Shown here: positions 10,200-21,427 of the stretch, piece by piece
How positions within the stretch are numbered: position 1 is the first letter of the stretch
Layout: every line of letters begins with the position of its first letter
From: Selaginella moellendorffii
Lineage: Eukaryota; Plantae; Lycopodiophyta
Assembly (NCBI RefSeq): GCF_000143415.4
Contig: NW_003314293.1
Span: forward strand, 1,806,774-1,840,579
Direction of reading: 5' to 3'
DNA length: 33,806 nt
Made by a program: the position numbers and the translations under genes
Notes under the pieces: generated by a model
The model's input: only the letters and a program-made list of their open reading frames with translations
Databases searched by the model: none
Told to the model about the DNA's origin: nothing

Positions 10200-12210
10200 C
10201 TAGAGTTGAGCAGCTCTTGCAGCTCAAGCTGCCATTGTAGTGGTAGTAACAATTGTGGTGTTAGCCTTTAGTTCTTCCTCATAGTCCTTGAGCTCATCAC
10301 GAGTGTAATTCTTAATGGCAGTCTCAAGCACTTGAAGTCAAGCCTTGAGCTCCATGTTCTCTTTGGTGAGGTGGGCATTTTCGAGTTGGTACTATTGCAC
10401 TAACTTGAAAGATTCTCGGCAAGTGTTTGGTGTTAGGAGTCCATGAGCCTGTATAGTGCAAAGGATTCCCTTTACCTGATCAAGTTCCTGAGCCATGCTC
10501 GCCATCTTCTCCTCGTGTGGGCATGCAAAAACGTTGTGAAAGAAGCTCTCCATGCCATCCTGCGTGTACACTGCCATGTTGGAGTTATGGTACTGCTCCA
10601 AGAAGTTTGTAGGCATGGGACGGATCACTTTCAATTGCTACTGCTCCTGATGATGATGCTTTTGCTGCTTTGGATTGTAGTGGTGGCACTTGTTGCTCAC
10701 GCACTCATGATGAAACTGGCGTTGCATTGTTGAACAAGGCGGCTGCATGTCGTTAGCAGTGGTGTCTGGAGCAAATGTCTAGTGCGGCTCAGCTGGCTGC
10801 TGTAGCTCAATTGGCTGTTGCGGCAAAGATGGTTGCTCCTCAGCACGCTGGTGTGGTGGAGACGGTTGCTCAGTAGGCTGTGGCAACGAATGTTGGTGCT
10901 GCTCGATGGGCTGCAACGGTGAAGGCTGCTGCTGCTGAGGCTGGTGTTGCTCGGTGGTCTGCTCCTGCTGCATGGGTGGTTCGTAAAAAGTGTTGTGCCC
11001 CTGCACAACGGATGGTGGATTTGTAACCGTCTCAGGATTTTCAAGAATATCTTGCGTCAGCAAAATGTGATCGTCCATTGGAATTGTTGTCACTGGAGAC
11101 AGAGATGGTGCCGGTTCATGTAGTGGTAATGGTGGCAAATCCGGCTGCAGTGAGCTAGGAGGCTGCAAGCTCTTCGTTGATGGCTGAGTAGGTGCCAAAC
11201 TTTGCTACTGTTTTGTTTTGGAGCTAGAGGTTCTCGTTGGTTGTTGTCATTTCAGCACTTTGTGTTAGATTGTTTGCACATCACTGTCGTCACTATTAAT
11301 CTATGGAGGCACAACATTTCTTCAGCCTTGTCCCCGTGTCTTTCTTCGTGGAGTTGCTGCTGTCTTTCACTGGACCTTTTTCTTCTCGGTGTTCATCAAG
11401 TGGTCTTCAGCTTGGCGCTTTGAACTTTTTGTGGCTGCATGCTGCGGAGGTAGAGGTGGTGGACTGTAGATCACCATGGCTTGACTTCTATGCATGATGA
11501 TGGCTTGGACATATGGTAGTATCAGTGTCTTCACACATCTCCTCGTGTTGAGATCTGCTATCACCTTCTTAAGTTCCCTGCGAAACTTCGGGATCACATA
11601 TCCTGCTAAATCCACTTTCTTCCTAGCTTGAAGATCCTCGTAGATGAAGGCCATGGATCTGCTCACTGTCGTGGCAGTCTTCCAAAACTCCAAGTTGAGA
11701 ACAAGGAACTTGAAGATTTTGTAGAGCTCGTCCTTGACGTTGGAGAATTGCAAACTAAGCACTGAGTTGTAGCTCTCGGAATCTTTCATGATGTCGTGAC
11801 TTAAAGCCCGTGTGCATGGAGCAATGACTAGCTTGCCTTCAGCTGAGAGACATAGAGCTGCTGCCAACTCTGAATCATCAAGTTCAACTTGGCTGGTGGC
11901 GAGATCCATCAAGTGAGCCTTCTCGTTGCTCACTTGATTCATGAGATATCCCGCCATTCATTCTGCAAAGTTGAAGAGACCGTGAGTGCGAGTCCAACAC
12001 TTAACATCGGCATTGAATTGCCACTCAAGATTTTGAGAAAGGATGACGGTATCTATCTGGGGTGTTTGCTTGGTTCGCATTGTGTCAACTCTTTGGCACT
12101 GTTGAGAATGCTCTTGTACTCTTGTGATGGTCCAACACGTGCTTCCTCGCCGTTAGGGTTAGAGCTAACTCTGTTTTATTGTTTCGTTCATATGGTGTTC
12201 TTGCATTTTC
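10200..12210 (-). pseudogene. Degenerate accessory ORF downstream of element A pol
   Basis: Sense-strand ORF pieces 11367-11957, 10779-11198 (Pro/Gln-rich) and 10392-10634 continuing into a coiled-coil-like tail (LTKENMELKA...LETAIK...). Interrupted by stops and frameshifts. Confidence 0.55.
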
Positions 12211-13334
12211 ACTAAGTCTTTGCTTAAGTAGAGTTGTTTGTAATTGTTGTGGACTTGTTTTGTGGACAACGTGAGTTGTATTGGTTTCATTGGTAGTTAA
12301 TTCCAGCATGGTGTGCTTGGCTTGCATATACGCTATACTTGGTTCTTGATATTTTCTCAATTTGCTGAGATTAACTATTTGAATTTCTTCATCATCGAGT
12401 GTCGCTAAATGAGTTGTGCCAGGTGTTTGCATACTTGTGATCTTAAATGGTCCTTCCCATTGATGTACCAATTTGCCTCCGATTTTGTCAACATTTCCTC
12501 TATACTATAGAACAAAATTTCCAACTTCAAATCTATCAGTTTTCTTTTTAGTCTGTTTTCTATTGTGATAAGCTTTTCTCCTTGCTTATATGGCTTCAAT
12601 TGTCCATAAAGCATATAATCTTTCTTCATCTAACTTTTCTAGTATAACCAATCTTTTCTTGATTAATTCTTCTTAATTAATTTGCAGCTGAATTGCCATT
12701 CTCAAGGATGGTACAGTATATTTTAGTGGTGTCAAAGCTTCAAGTCCATAAGCTAATTTGAATAGAGTTGAATTTGTTGAAACTTTATATGCTATTCTAT
12801 AAGCCCAAAGAGAATCATAAACTCTATTATCCCAATCTTTAAGATTGGTTTGCATTATTTTCTTCAATATATTTTTGAGTGTTTTGTTTGTGGATTTGGC
12901 TTGGCTGTTGCCTTGTGGATAATATGGTGTAGATTTCTTAGGTTTGATGAAGAATTTATCTAGTAAAATCTTGATTGTTTCATTAAGGAAATGTGTTCTT
13001 CTATCCGTTACTATTTCTCGAGGTAATCCATATCTTGTGATAATCATTTCATAAAGAAACTTTGCTGTATTTTTTGCTATCGCTTTCTTGAGTGGTTGGG
13101 CTTTTGCCCATTTTGTCATATAATCTGTTGCCACCAAAATATATTGATTTCTATTTCTGCTCTTTTGTATGGGTCCTACAAAATCTAGGCCCCATCTTGG
13201 AAAGGTTCCATTGCTATAGTCAGATTCAATTCTTGTGTTTGTTTCTTGGGTGGAAATTGTGTATGCTGACAAATATCACAAGTTTGACAAAACTGTTAAG
13301 TGTTTTTCCATAATGTAGGCCACCATAGGCCTAT
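12085..13334 (-). pseudogene. Element A integrase (disrupted)
   Basis: ORFs 12673-13272, 12405-12629 and 12085-12471. LWWPTLW...CQTCDICQ at the right end continues the HHCC domain begun at 25708-25911. Confidence 0.9.
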
Positions 13335-13999
13335 TGTAAGCCACAAATTTTTCTTTTCTAATTTGCCAGCTTACCTCGTCTATCCGTCCAACACTGCCTT
13401 GGTTTTTGCTAAGTTCCTTCGCCAAGGTTCCCGCCTATGGTACTAGCTCCTACTTGGTTCTACTTGGTTTTAGCTACTCACTGCATGAGCAACAGAGCGC
13501 TAGCCATCCATCCACAGATTCCCAAATCTCTCCCAATCCCCCTCCCTGGGTTAGATTGGACTTAAGGTTCGGCTACACTCCCCGCAGGCACAAACAACCA
13601 AGCACACCAAGCCTCCAGGTTCTTGGTACCACAAGACTTGATCATGGGACCCTCTAAATCCCAAGTCTTGGGTGCAACACTTGCTTCAGGACGCCAGGGC
13701 GAAACACCATGGCCTAACGGCTCGGTATGGGTACCTCTACCCCACCACTTCCATCCCGAAGGAAGGCCCAAGCCCCTAGGAAGGGCGAGGACCAATGAGC
13801 CACATGATACTCAAGTGGGGCACCACTCCACATGAGCTAGGACCACCGCAGTCGGTTTCCCTTTCAGGAGTGGGAGTTGCTCTTGAGCACTTCCTGGGGT
13901 GGCCCCTCTGGCACCACCCAAGTCCCTGCTCACTCCCACCCAAGGTCCCTTGGCCCCAGTCTCAACCTCAAGTCAGTTTAGAAGCACCATGAAGAGTTC

Positions 14000-14099
14000 N
14001 NNNNNNNNNNNNNNNNNNNNNNNNNNNNNNNNNNNNNNNNNNNNNNNNNNNNNNNNNNNNNNNNNNNNNNNNNNNNNNNNNNNNNNNNNNNNNNNNNNN
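14000..14099. other. Assembly gap (100 N)
   Basis: Run of N. The flanks match the sister LTR, where the equivalent stretch is 25246-25328 (83 bp). Confidence 0.99.
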
Positions 14100-14132
14100 T
14101 TTGGGCTTTTACCCGTTGACCCGTAGTAATAT

Positions 14133-14365
14133 TCAGACTTGATCTCGAACCCGACTTCGAACTCGTTCTCGGACTCGATCTTGGACCTGATCTCGGACTC
14201 GACTTCGGACTCGACCTCGGACTTAGTCTCGGACCCAATTTGGATCTCGGACTCTGTCTCGAACTCGGTCTCGAACTCGGTCTCCGATTCGGCCTCAGAC
14301 TCGATCCCGGACTCTATCTCGAACTTGGTCTCAGAGTCGGTTTTGGACTCGATCTTCGACTCGAT
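14133..14365. repeat. CpG-rich 6/12-bp-period tandem array (GACTCGATCTCG-like) in B LTR
   Basis: Visible periodicity; the same array occurs at 25359-25618 and, inverted, at 26474-26768. Confidence 0.9.
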
Positions 14366-14672
14366 TGTTATGATCCGGTGCAAAAAGACAAAGATTTAGT
14401 TGCCCTAGACTATGCTACGCCACCTCTTGAGGTTCCTCACCACCCAACCACCCCCGAGCTACCTCAAAAGCTCCACTGCGCCGCCGCTCCACTGTGAGCC
14501 CTAGGGTAGGTTAAATCCCTTACCCTAACATGCCTTAATACACCCTTGAGCCTCCCTTTGACCGATGTTGACCACGTAGTCAAAGCTGGTGCCTAACAAT
14601 TCTTCCCCCCCAACAAAGTCCTTGTCCCAAGGATGAGTTGTACCAGTGATCACCCTTTCTGGGGAATCCTGC

Positions 14673-17600
14673 TCAATCTCTTGGTCCATCTTCCACAGCC
14701 AAATACATCAAGGAGGCATTGGGCCCGCCACTCTGAGATAGTACACCTTTCAACTGGCTGACATAAAATACCGGATGAATTTTCACCCCAGTTGGCAGCC
14801 ACACCCGATAAGCCACTTTACCAATGCGCTCCAGCACTTCATATGGACCAACATATCGATGGGAGAGTTTATCACTCTTCCCTGTCCGTAAAGGCACCAA
14901 AGTGTTCCATCGCTCACTTGACGGAAAGATCACTCGCACAAAGATGAGATCACCCACCTTATATTCCCGGAATTGGTGATGCTCATTGGCAAACTTCTCC
15001 ACTCTATCCTGAGCTGCTTGCAAATTCCGTTTGCACACCACCAGAATCTCATCAAGTTTTGTGGCTAGATCAGTTGCCTCGGAATCAAGCTTATCTTAAA
15101 CGTCCTTATTCAAATGTAATCCCAACTCCACCGCTGTTCGAGGATGCCTTCCAAACATGGCAAAGTAAGGACTTAGCTTGGTTCCACTGTGTTGACTATT
15201 GTTGTAAGAAAATTGCACCAACGGAAGATATAGATCCCACTGTCCTTGCTTTTGACCAATGCTACAACGTAGCATATCCTCCACCACCTGATTTACACAC
15301 TCAGTTTGCCCATCCGTCTGAGGATGATCTCCACTCAAGAGTTTCAAAGTCACTTGTATAGCCTTTGCAAAACTTTTCCAAAATCCACTGGTGAACTTTG
15401 AATTTCAATCACTAATGATGTCCTCTGGCAAACCAAAATCAGGAAAAACCTTCTCCAAGTAAACCGCAGCCAAGTCTGAGGTAGTGACAGTTTTCCGAAG
15501 AGCCAACAACCGCACATACTTCGTCAACCGATCCACTATGACCCATACTTGCTCCTTTTGCCTCTGTGTTCATGGCAAACAAGTGATGAAATCCATAGAG
15601 ATACTATATCAACGGCTCTGAGGAATAGGTAAAAGTTGCAAAAGTCCCCCCGGCTTCTCCCATGGCACCTTAACCCACTGACAAAGCTTGCATGATTTAC
15701 AATACTTGAGGATATTAGCCTTCATATTCCTCCAATAAAAGTTGCGCTTAATCAACTCATATGTCTTCTTCCCCCCCAAAATGACCGGCCTCTGGACGAT
15801 CATGATAATGGAATAAAACTTGAGTAATTAACACATCCACCTGTGGCAAATATACACGGCCATTGTAGTAGAGAATCCCATCCACCAATGAGAAAGGGGC
15901 TTCCATCTGGGCTCGCAAAGAGACCACCTCAGCATCCTGAGCCTGAGCATGCTCAACCAACTGCCCAAACTCGCTGACCACCTTACTCAAATGATGACAA
16001 AATCGTGTTCGTAACGTCGTCACATGACGAACACGAGATAAAGCATCCGCCACCACATTTGATTTTCCCGAACGATGCTCAATAAGAAACTCCCCAAACT
16101 CCATGAGTTTGACCATCCAACGAGCTTGCCTAGTGTTCAACTCCTTCTGTGTGAAGAGATACACAAGTGGTTTGTGATCTGTCAACACCACGAACACTGC
16201 ACCATAAAGATAGTGCCGCCATGTCCGCAAAGCATGAACAATAGAGAGTAACTCTTGCTCATATGTGGAATAGCATTGCTCCGTGGAATTCAAAGTTCGA
16301 CTCTCATATGCAATAAGCTGTCCCTCTTGCATGAGAACTCCTCCCAGTGCATAACCACTCGCATCGCATGTCACCTCGTAAGGTTTCGATGGATCAGCAA
16401 TGCGAAGCACTAGAGTCTCGCTCAACAATCGTTTCAGCGCCACAAAACTCTCCTCTTGTGGCTTCTTCCACTTGAATGGCACATTCTTGCATAACAATCG
16501 CGTCAAAGGAATAGCCACCTCTGCAAACTTATGCTGGAAACGTCGGTAGTAACTAGCCATACCAAGAAAACTGCGCAACTCAACCACTGTAGTCGGTGTA
16601 GGCCAGTTTTCCACCACAGCCACCTTCCTTGGATCCATCTTGACACCCTTAGATGTCACAATATGGCTTAGATATTCCACCTTCGACTTTGCAAATTCAC
16701 ATTTGCTCTTCTTTGCATAAAGTTTGCTGTCGCGAAGTAACAAAAGAACCTTGCGCAAATGCACCCTATGCGCCTCCATATTCTTGCTAAAAACAAGAAT
16801 ATCGTCCAAGAAAATCTCCACAAACTCATGAAGATAACGCCTAAATACCTCCGTCATCAACCGAGTAAATGTGGCCGGTGCATTCATCAAATCAAACGGC
16901 ATAACTGTAAACTCAAAATGTCCGAAGCTTGTGTTGAATGCCGTCTTGGAGATAGATGCATCATCCATTGCAATCTGATGATATCCACTCCTCAGATCAA
17001 TCTTGGTAAACACTTGTGCTTCACCAAGCTTGTCCAGGATATCATCCACACGTGGCATCGGCATCTTATCCTTCATTGTCTTCTTGTTTAAAGCGCGGTA
17101 GTCAATACACATTCGCATTGAACTGTCCTTCTTCTTCATAAGCAAGACCGGAGCACCAAACGGAGACTTACTTGGTTGAATAAATCCAAACTCAAGTAAC
17201 TCCTTGACTTGTCGTTGAACTTCTTGCTCCTCCGCATAACTTAACCGAAATGGACGTCGGTAAATTGGCCGCGTCCCCGGCTCCAATGTAATCCCATGCT
17301 CCACACCTCGTAATGGAGGCAATCCATGAGGAAGTTCAGCTGGAAAAACATTAGAAAACTCATCAAGTACATCCCGTACTGCTGCTTCTCCCCCACACAT
17401 GCCTTGGTCCCCCAAGTCACGAACAAACAGCAAGTAACTTGAAAGTGCTTTTCCATTACGACAAGCCCGCTTCAAAGATGTAGCAGAGAGCATAACAACT
17501 GGTGGTTGAACGCCCTCGCCAAACCACACATCTTTAACGCCACCATACTCTAGCGAGATACGCTTAATGCTCCACTTTATCTCTGGATCCACCTTCACCA

Positions 17601-19015
17601 ACCATGGCATCTCAAGAATGAGATCCACACGATGGATATCTGCGAGATAAAAAGTCTCCACAAGTGTGGTTTTGCCAACCAACACTTCCAGCCCCTCAAC
17701 ATAAGCATCGAAATGCTAAGCAGAGGTAGCTGCACCTTCCACTGTGTATGGAAGAACTCCATGTGTGTTCAGGCGATGCTCCGCAACAAACTTTGCCGAA
17801 ACAAAGTTGTCATCGCTCCCACTATCCAGTAAAATCCGCACTGGATCGCCACGGAACATGCCCTCCAGCATTAAAGCTGATTCATGCGTATCCTCGAGCT
17901 CCATCTTGTTCCACACATAGTTGAGTTGACGAGCAACGATCGAAAGTCTCTTCCTCCGACCGGAATGGTTGTTCTCGTCATCCTCACGCTGTAAAGCTTG
18001 CAACTTTTTAGTATCTGACTTACTGTGAGAAGATGATTGGCCATTCTTCTTGTCCTGCTGCTTGTTCTTCAACTGCGGACAATCAGCCTTGTAATGTCCA
18101 AGTTCGCCGCAATGATGACAACTCTGTCTATAATTCTTCACAAAGAACTTTTGCGTCTTGGACCCCTTTGCATCTGAAGTAGTCACCACTGACTTCAACT
18201 TGTGATGCTTGTTCCCATCCTTGTGTCCACGGCGATCATCACGACGATTCTCGACAGAAGGACTCTGCGAACGCTTGCGAGACTTGTGCTTGTCATTGTC
18301 AAGTCGACGAGCCGCATCAAAGAGCTCCTCCAAACTCTTTGTAGGCTGAGAATGACGCAAGTGTTGCCACATGCTCTCACTATGTAGGCCATCAATGAAG
18401 TAGGACTTGTTTTGATCTGGATCTTTCGTTGGAACACAACTAATCAAGCGAGTAAGCTTCTCAATATAATCCCCAAGTGTCATTTTCCCTTGCTGGAAAT
18501 GGCGAAGTTCTGTACGAGCATTCTCCACGTCGTAATAAGGGGCAAAACGTAAAAGGAAAGCAGCCTCAAACTCATCCATGGTAGACACTAGTGGTTTCTT
18601 ATCCGCAACACAGGACTCCTCAAGCCAATTCCACCATCAAAGACCTGCATCATGCAAAACCATTGGAATAGCCACTAAAGCCTTTGCATCTGGAGTTCCT
18701 CTAACAGCCAAGAACTTCTTCACATTGGCTAGCCAAGCGAGACACTCGTCCACACCACCATCACCGGAAAAGGTTGGAATCTTGAGTCGATCTACCAAAG
18801 AAGGCTTACTTGGAGCGCTGTCCAGCCTCGAGTGCCTCAACACGCCCACGCATGGTATCCATCATGCCATGCATCTCATCTTGCATCTCTTGCTGATTTC
18901 GATTAAGGGCTCGCAGCTCATGAACCACATCTTGAATGCTCCAAATCTCTACAGTTTCATCGGCACCATCGACAATAGGATTCCAGCGTTCAGCTTGGTC
19001 GGCCATCGCAACCAA
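14673..19015 (-). pseudogene. Element C gag-pol (few stops and frameshifts)
   Basis: CHHCGELGHYKADC knuckle; LLDSGSD protease; RT with DLRSGYHQ and FLDD; RNase H TCDASG...ADALSR; integrase HPQTDGQTE and YVGPY. Confidence 0.95.
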
Positions 19016-19016
19016 T

Positions 19017-19028
19017 CCTCTGATACCA
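19017..19028 (-). promoter_or_regulatory. Primer-binding site (tRNA-iMet type) of element C
   Basis: TGGTATCAGAGG immediately inside the 5' LTR. Confidence 0.9.
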
Positions 19029-20135
19029 ATGTTATGATCCGGCGCAAAAAGACAAAGATCTAGTTGCCCTAGACTATGTTATGCCACCTCTTGAGGTTCC
19101 TCACCACCCAACCACCCCCGAGCTACCTCAAAAGCTCCATTGTGCCACTGCTCCACTGTGAGCCCTAGGGTAGGTTAAGTCCCTTACCCTAACATGCCTT
19201 AATATACCCTTGAGCCTCCCTTTGACCGACGTTGACCACGTAGTCAAAGCTGGCGCCTAACATCGGTCCCATCTGATGAACTCTTTGTCATTTTGGTCAT
19301 GCTTTTGGGGATCCTTTAGCCTACGACTCCTTAAAGAGTTGGTTCCTTACAATTCCACCATCCATAGAAGAAGTTCGATGCCCACACCAAACGTCTCTTT
19401 TTTATCCTACGACTTGTTGACCATGTCTCCAGGGGCATCCCCCCACTTAGCGGTGTGCCTAAGTTAGCCTCCCCAACCAAGAGCCCATGACAACAGAATA
19501 TAGGTGTCCCTATACTCCTCACCTCACCATGCCCTAGTATGGGGTCGGGACTTGAACCCAGCCTTGCTTTACTAGGGGGTTGGGACTCGAACCCAACCTC
19601 CATAGAATATGTCTACGGATTCGACATCCTCGCAGGGAGTCAGGCATAGTTCCCTACACCTGGTTGACCTAGCTAACCCATGCTAATTAGCTTACCTTCG
19701 GCACGCCTTCGGGTCCCAACATATGCCATTGCTCAACTTCACAAATTGATACTTTAATTGAACTTTGCATAAGTACATAGAGTTCTACTTTGCAGAAATT
19801 CCTCCATTAGATCTCGCGCGTTCGCTAGGTTCTCCTCCGGTTCCCATGTTGCTTCGCAGTGTGGAAATCCTTTCCACTTCACATGGAACTCTCTCACCTC
19901 GTGTCCTTGTCGCTTGCTTTTGCACGCATTGAGGATGGCCTTAACTTCGTATTCCTCTTTCCCTTGGATAACCTCAGGTAAAGGTCTTACTTGGTCCTTG
20001 CAAAGCGGATCCTCAAAATACGGCTTGAGTAAGTTCACGTGGAACACGGGGTGCATCTTCCCCATCTCTTGAGGAAGTCGGAGACGGTAAGCCACTTTAC
20101 CGATTTGAGCCTCAATCTCATAAGGCCCCGCGAAC

Positions 20136-20187
20136 CTGCTTAAGGAACTCAAGATTAATTCATTTACAGGAATACATGCACTTTTAC
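20136..20187 (-). other. Putative 52-nt spliceosomal intron in element B integrase (GPY/F region)
   Basis: CAAAG|GTAAAAGTGC...AATTAATCTTGAGTTCCTTAAGCAG|GTTCGCG; removal restores KLTQR-FAGPY in frame. Confidence 0.8.
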
Positions 20188-20605
20188 CTTTGGGTCAACT
20201 TCTGATTGATCCCACTTGGTAGCCTAAGGTTCTTGGTGTTCAGCCACACCTTCTCCCCAACTTGGAATGCTACATCTTGGCACTTCTAGTTTGCGTACTT
20301 GGTTTGCTTTTGTTAAGCCTGTTCCAAGGAATCCCTCACTAGATTCCAAATGTTGAGTCTTTCTGCCGTGAATGCCTCCACTGCAGGTAACTCTCCATGA
20401 TACTCGGCCACGCCGAGTTCCACAGGACCTTCAATAGCTCGCCCATTGATGACTTCCCATGGACTCACCCTGATGCTCGAATGTGGTGAGTTGTTATAAC
20501 ACATTTCTGCAAGTCCTAAATGACTTACCCAATCGGTCTGGTCTCCCGAGACATAGCATCGCAAATAATCCTCCAGCTGCCTATTCACCCTTTCCGTTTG
20601 TCCGT

Positions 20606-20652
20606 CTGTTAAGAAGTGTTAGTGCCATCAAACTTGACTTAATACCCATTAC
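20606..20652 (-). other. Putative 47-nt spliceosomal intron in element B integrase catalytic core
   Basis: ATAG|GTAATGGG...GGCACTAACACTTCTTAACAG|ACGGA with a CACTAAC branch-point consensus; removal restores AYHPQI-DGQTERVN in frame. Confidence 0.85.
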
Positions 20653-20976
20653 CTATCTGTGGGTGATAGGCTGTGTTGAATTTCAACTTGGTGCGATACT
20701 GTTCCAAGAGTGTTCTCCAGAACCTACTGGTGAAGATCTTATCTCAATCTGAGATAATTTTTTCTGGCCTTCCCCGCACTCGAACCACTTGTTTAAAGAA
20801 TAGCTTTGCCACACCTTCCGCATCCACTTCCATTGTGGTGGGTATGAAATGTGCCATCTTCGAAAATCGATCCACCATCACGAATATCGCATTGAACCCC
20901 TCGCTTGGGGGGAGTCCCGTGATGAAGTCCATCGTAAGACATTTCCACGGACGATCTGGAATTGGGATGCTTTGTA

Positions 20977-21073
20977 AAAAGGTTGCTGTCGCGCTGGATA
21001 TTGCCAACTTCAAGCTCGCTAAGTCGAAAAGCGAGCTTGAAGTTGGCGATATCCAGCGCGACAGCAACCTTTT
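20977..21073. repeat. Fold-back palindrome: 44-bp arms (1 mismatch), 9-nt loop
   Basis: 20977-21020 is the reverse complement of 21030-21073. Confidence 0.97.
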
Positions 21074-21427
21074 GGGATGATGTGCGGACCACATACGAGG
21101 ATGATGGTCTAGCACAAGAAGTGTTGCTGAAAAATCTAGAGGCACGGGAAGCTCACCAGAGAGGTGAGCTGCCAACGGAAGAGAAAACGGGCTATGCAGA
21201 ACGCAACGGACTCATATATTACAAGCAAACGAAGGTGTATGTTCCAGAAGGGGAAATAAGGAAGGTAGCCTTAGAAGAGTGTCATGACGAACCTCTTGCC
21301 GGACACGGCAGAGTGCCCAAGACAATGGGCTTACTCAAGAGGAAGTACCACTGGCCAGATATGGCTAAGGACGTCCAAGACTATGTAAAAACATGTCCAA
21401 CATGTCAGCAGGTCAAAGCCGTAACTT
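21017..21427 (+). other. Inverted segment of element B pol (RH-IN linker and integrase HHCC zinc domain)
   Basis: LSRKASL...EECHDEPLAGHGRV...YHWPDM...CPTCQQVK reads on the plus strand, while flanking pol (…GKSNIMAD and LQSIPIPDRPW) reads on the minus strand. Confidence 0.95.

Larger units (their letters stand above)
9421..13334 (-). mobile_element. Element A, 3' part: non-chromovirus Ty3/gypsy integrase, extra 3' ORF and putative short 3' LTR
   Basis: Integrase WGLDFVGP...LVATDYMTKW...EIVTD...STPYYPQGNSQA, then WEGPFKI; no chromodomain seen. The left boundary is tentative (TGAT...ATCA at 9421-9509 next to a purine tract on the minus strand). Confidence 0.75.
13335..14365 (-). repeat. Element B 3' LTR, left part (continues 19263-19351)
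   Basis: Colinear with 24569-25617; contains the N gap and the tandem array. Confidence 0.95.
14366..19262 (-). mobile_element. Element C: full-length 4.9-kb Ty3/gypsy element nested in B's 3' LTR
   Basis: 233-bp LTRs at 14366-14598 and 19030-19262 (I count 12 differences, all transitions). TSD TCGAT/TCGGT. PBS TGGTATCAGAGG at 19017-19028. PPT GGGGGGGAAGAAT at 14599-14611. Confidence 0.97.

Noticed and set aside
10443-10733. Hydrophobic LLLLLMMMLLLLW ORF as an env-like transmembrane protein
   Set aside because: It is the antisense reading of CAG/CAT-rich low-complexity codons of the minus-strand accessory ORF.
13562-13992. Short ORFs repeated in B LTR copies
   Set aside because: They recur only because the LTR is repeated; overlapping on both strands with no recognisable domain.
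17716-17718. Programmed gag-pol stop-codon readthrough in element C
   Set aside because: The stop falls inside the protease domain and is more simply a C-to-T or G-to-A decay mutation like others in this copy.
19754-21000. Domesticated host integrase gene as the explanation for the introns
   Set aside because: The region lies within an element with paired LTRs, PBS and TSD and carries inactivating stops, so this copy arose by retrotransposition and is not under host selection.
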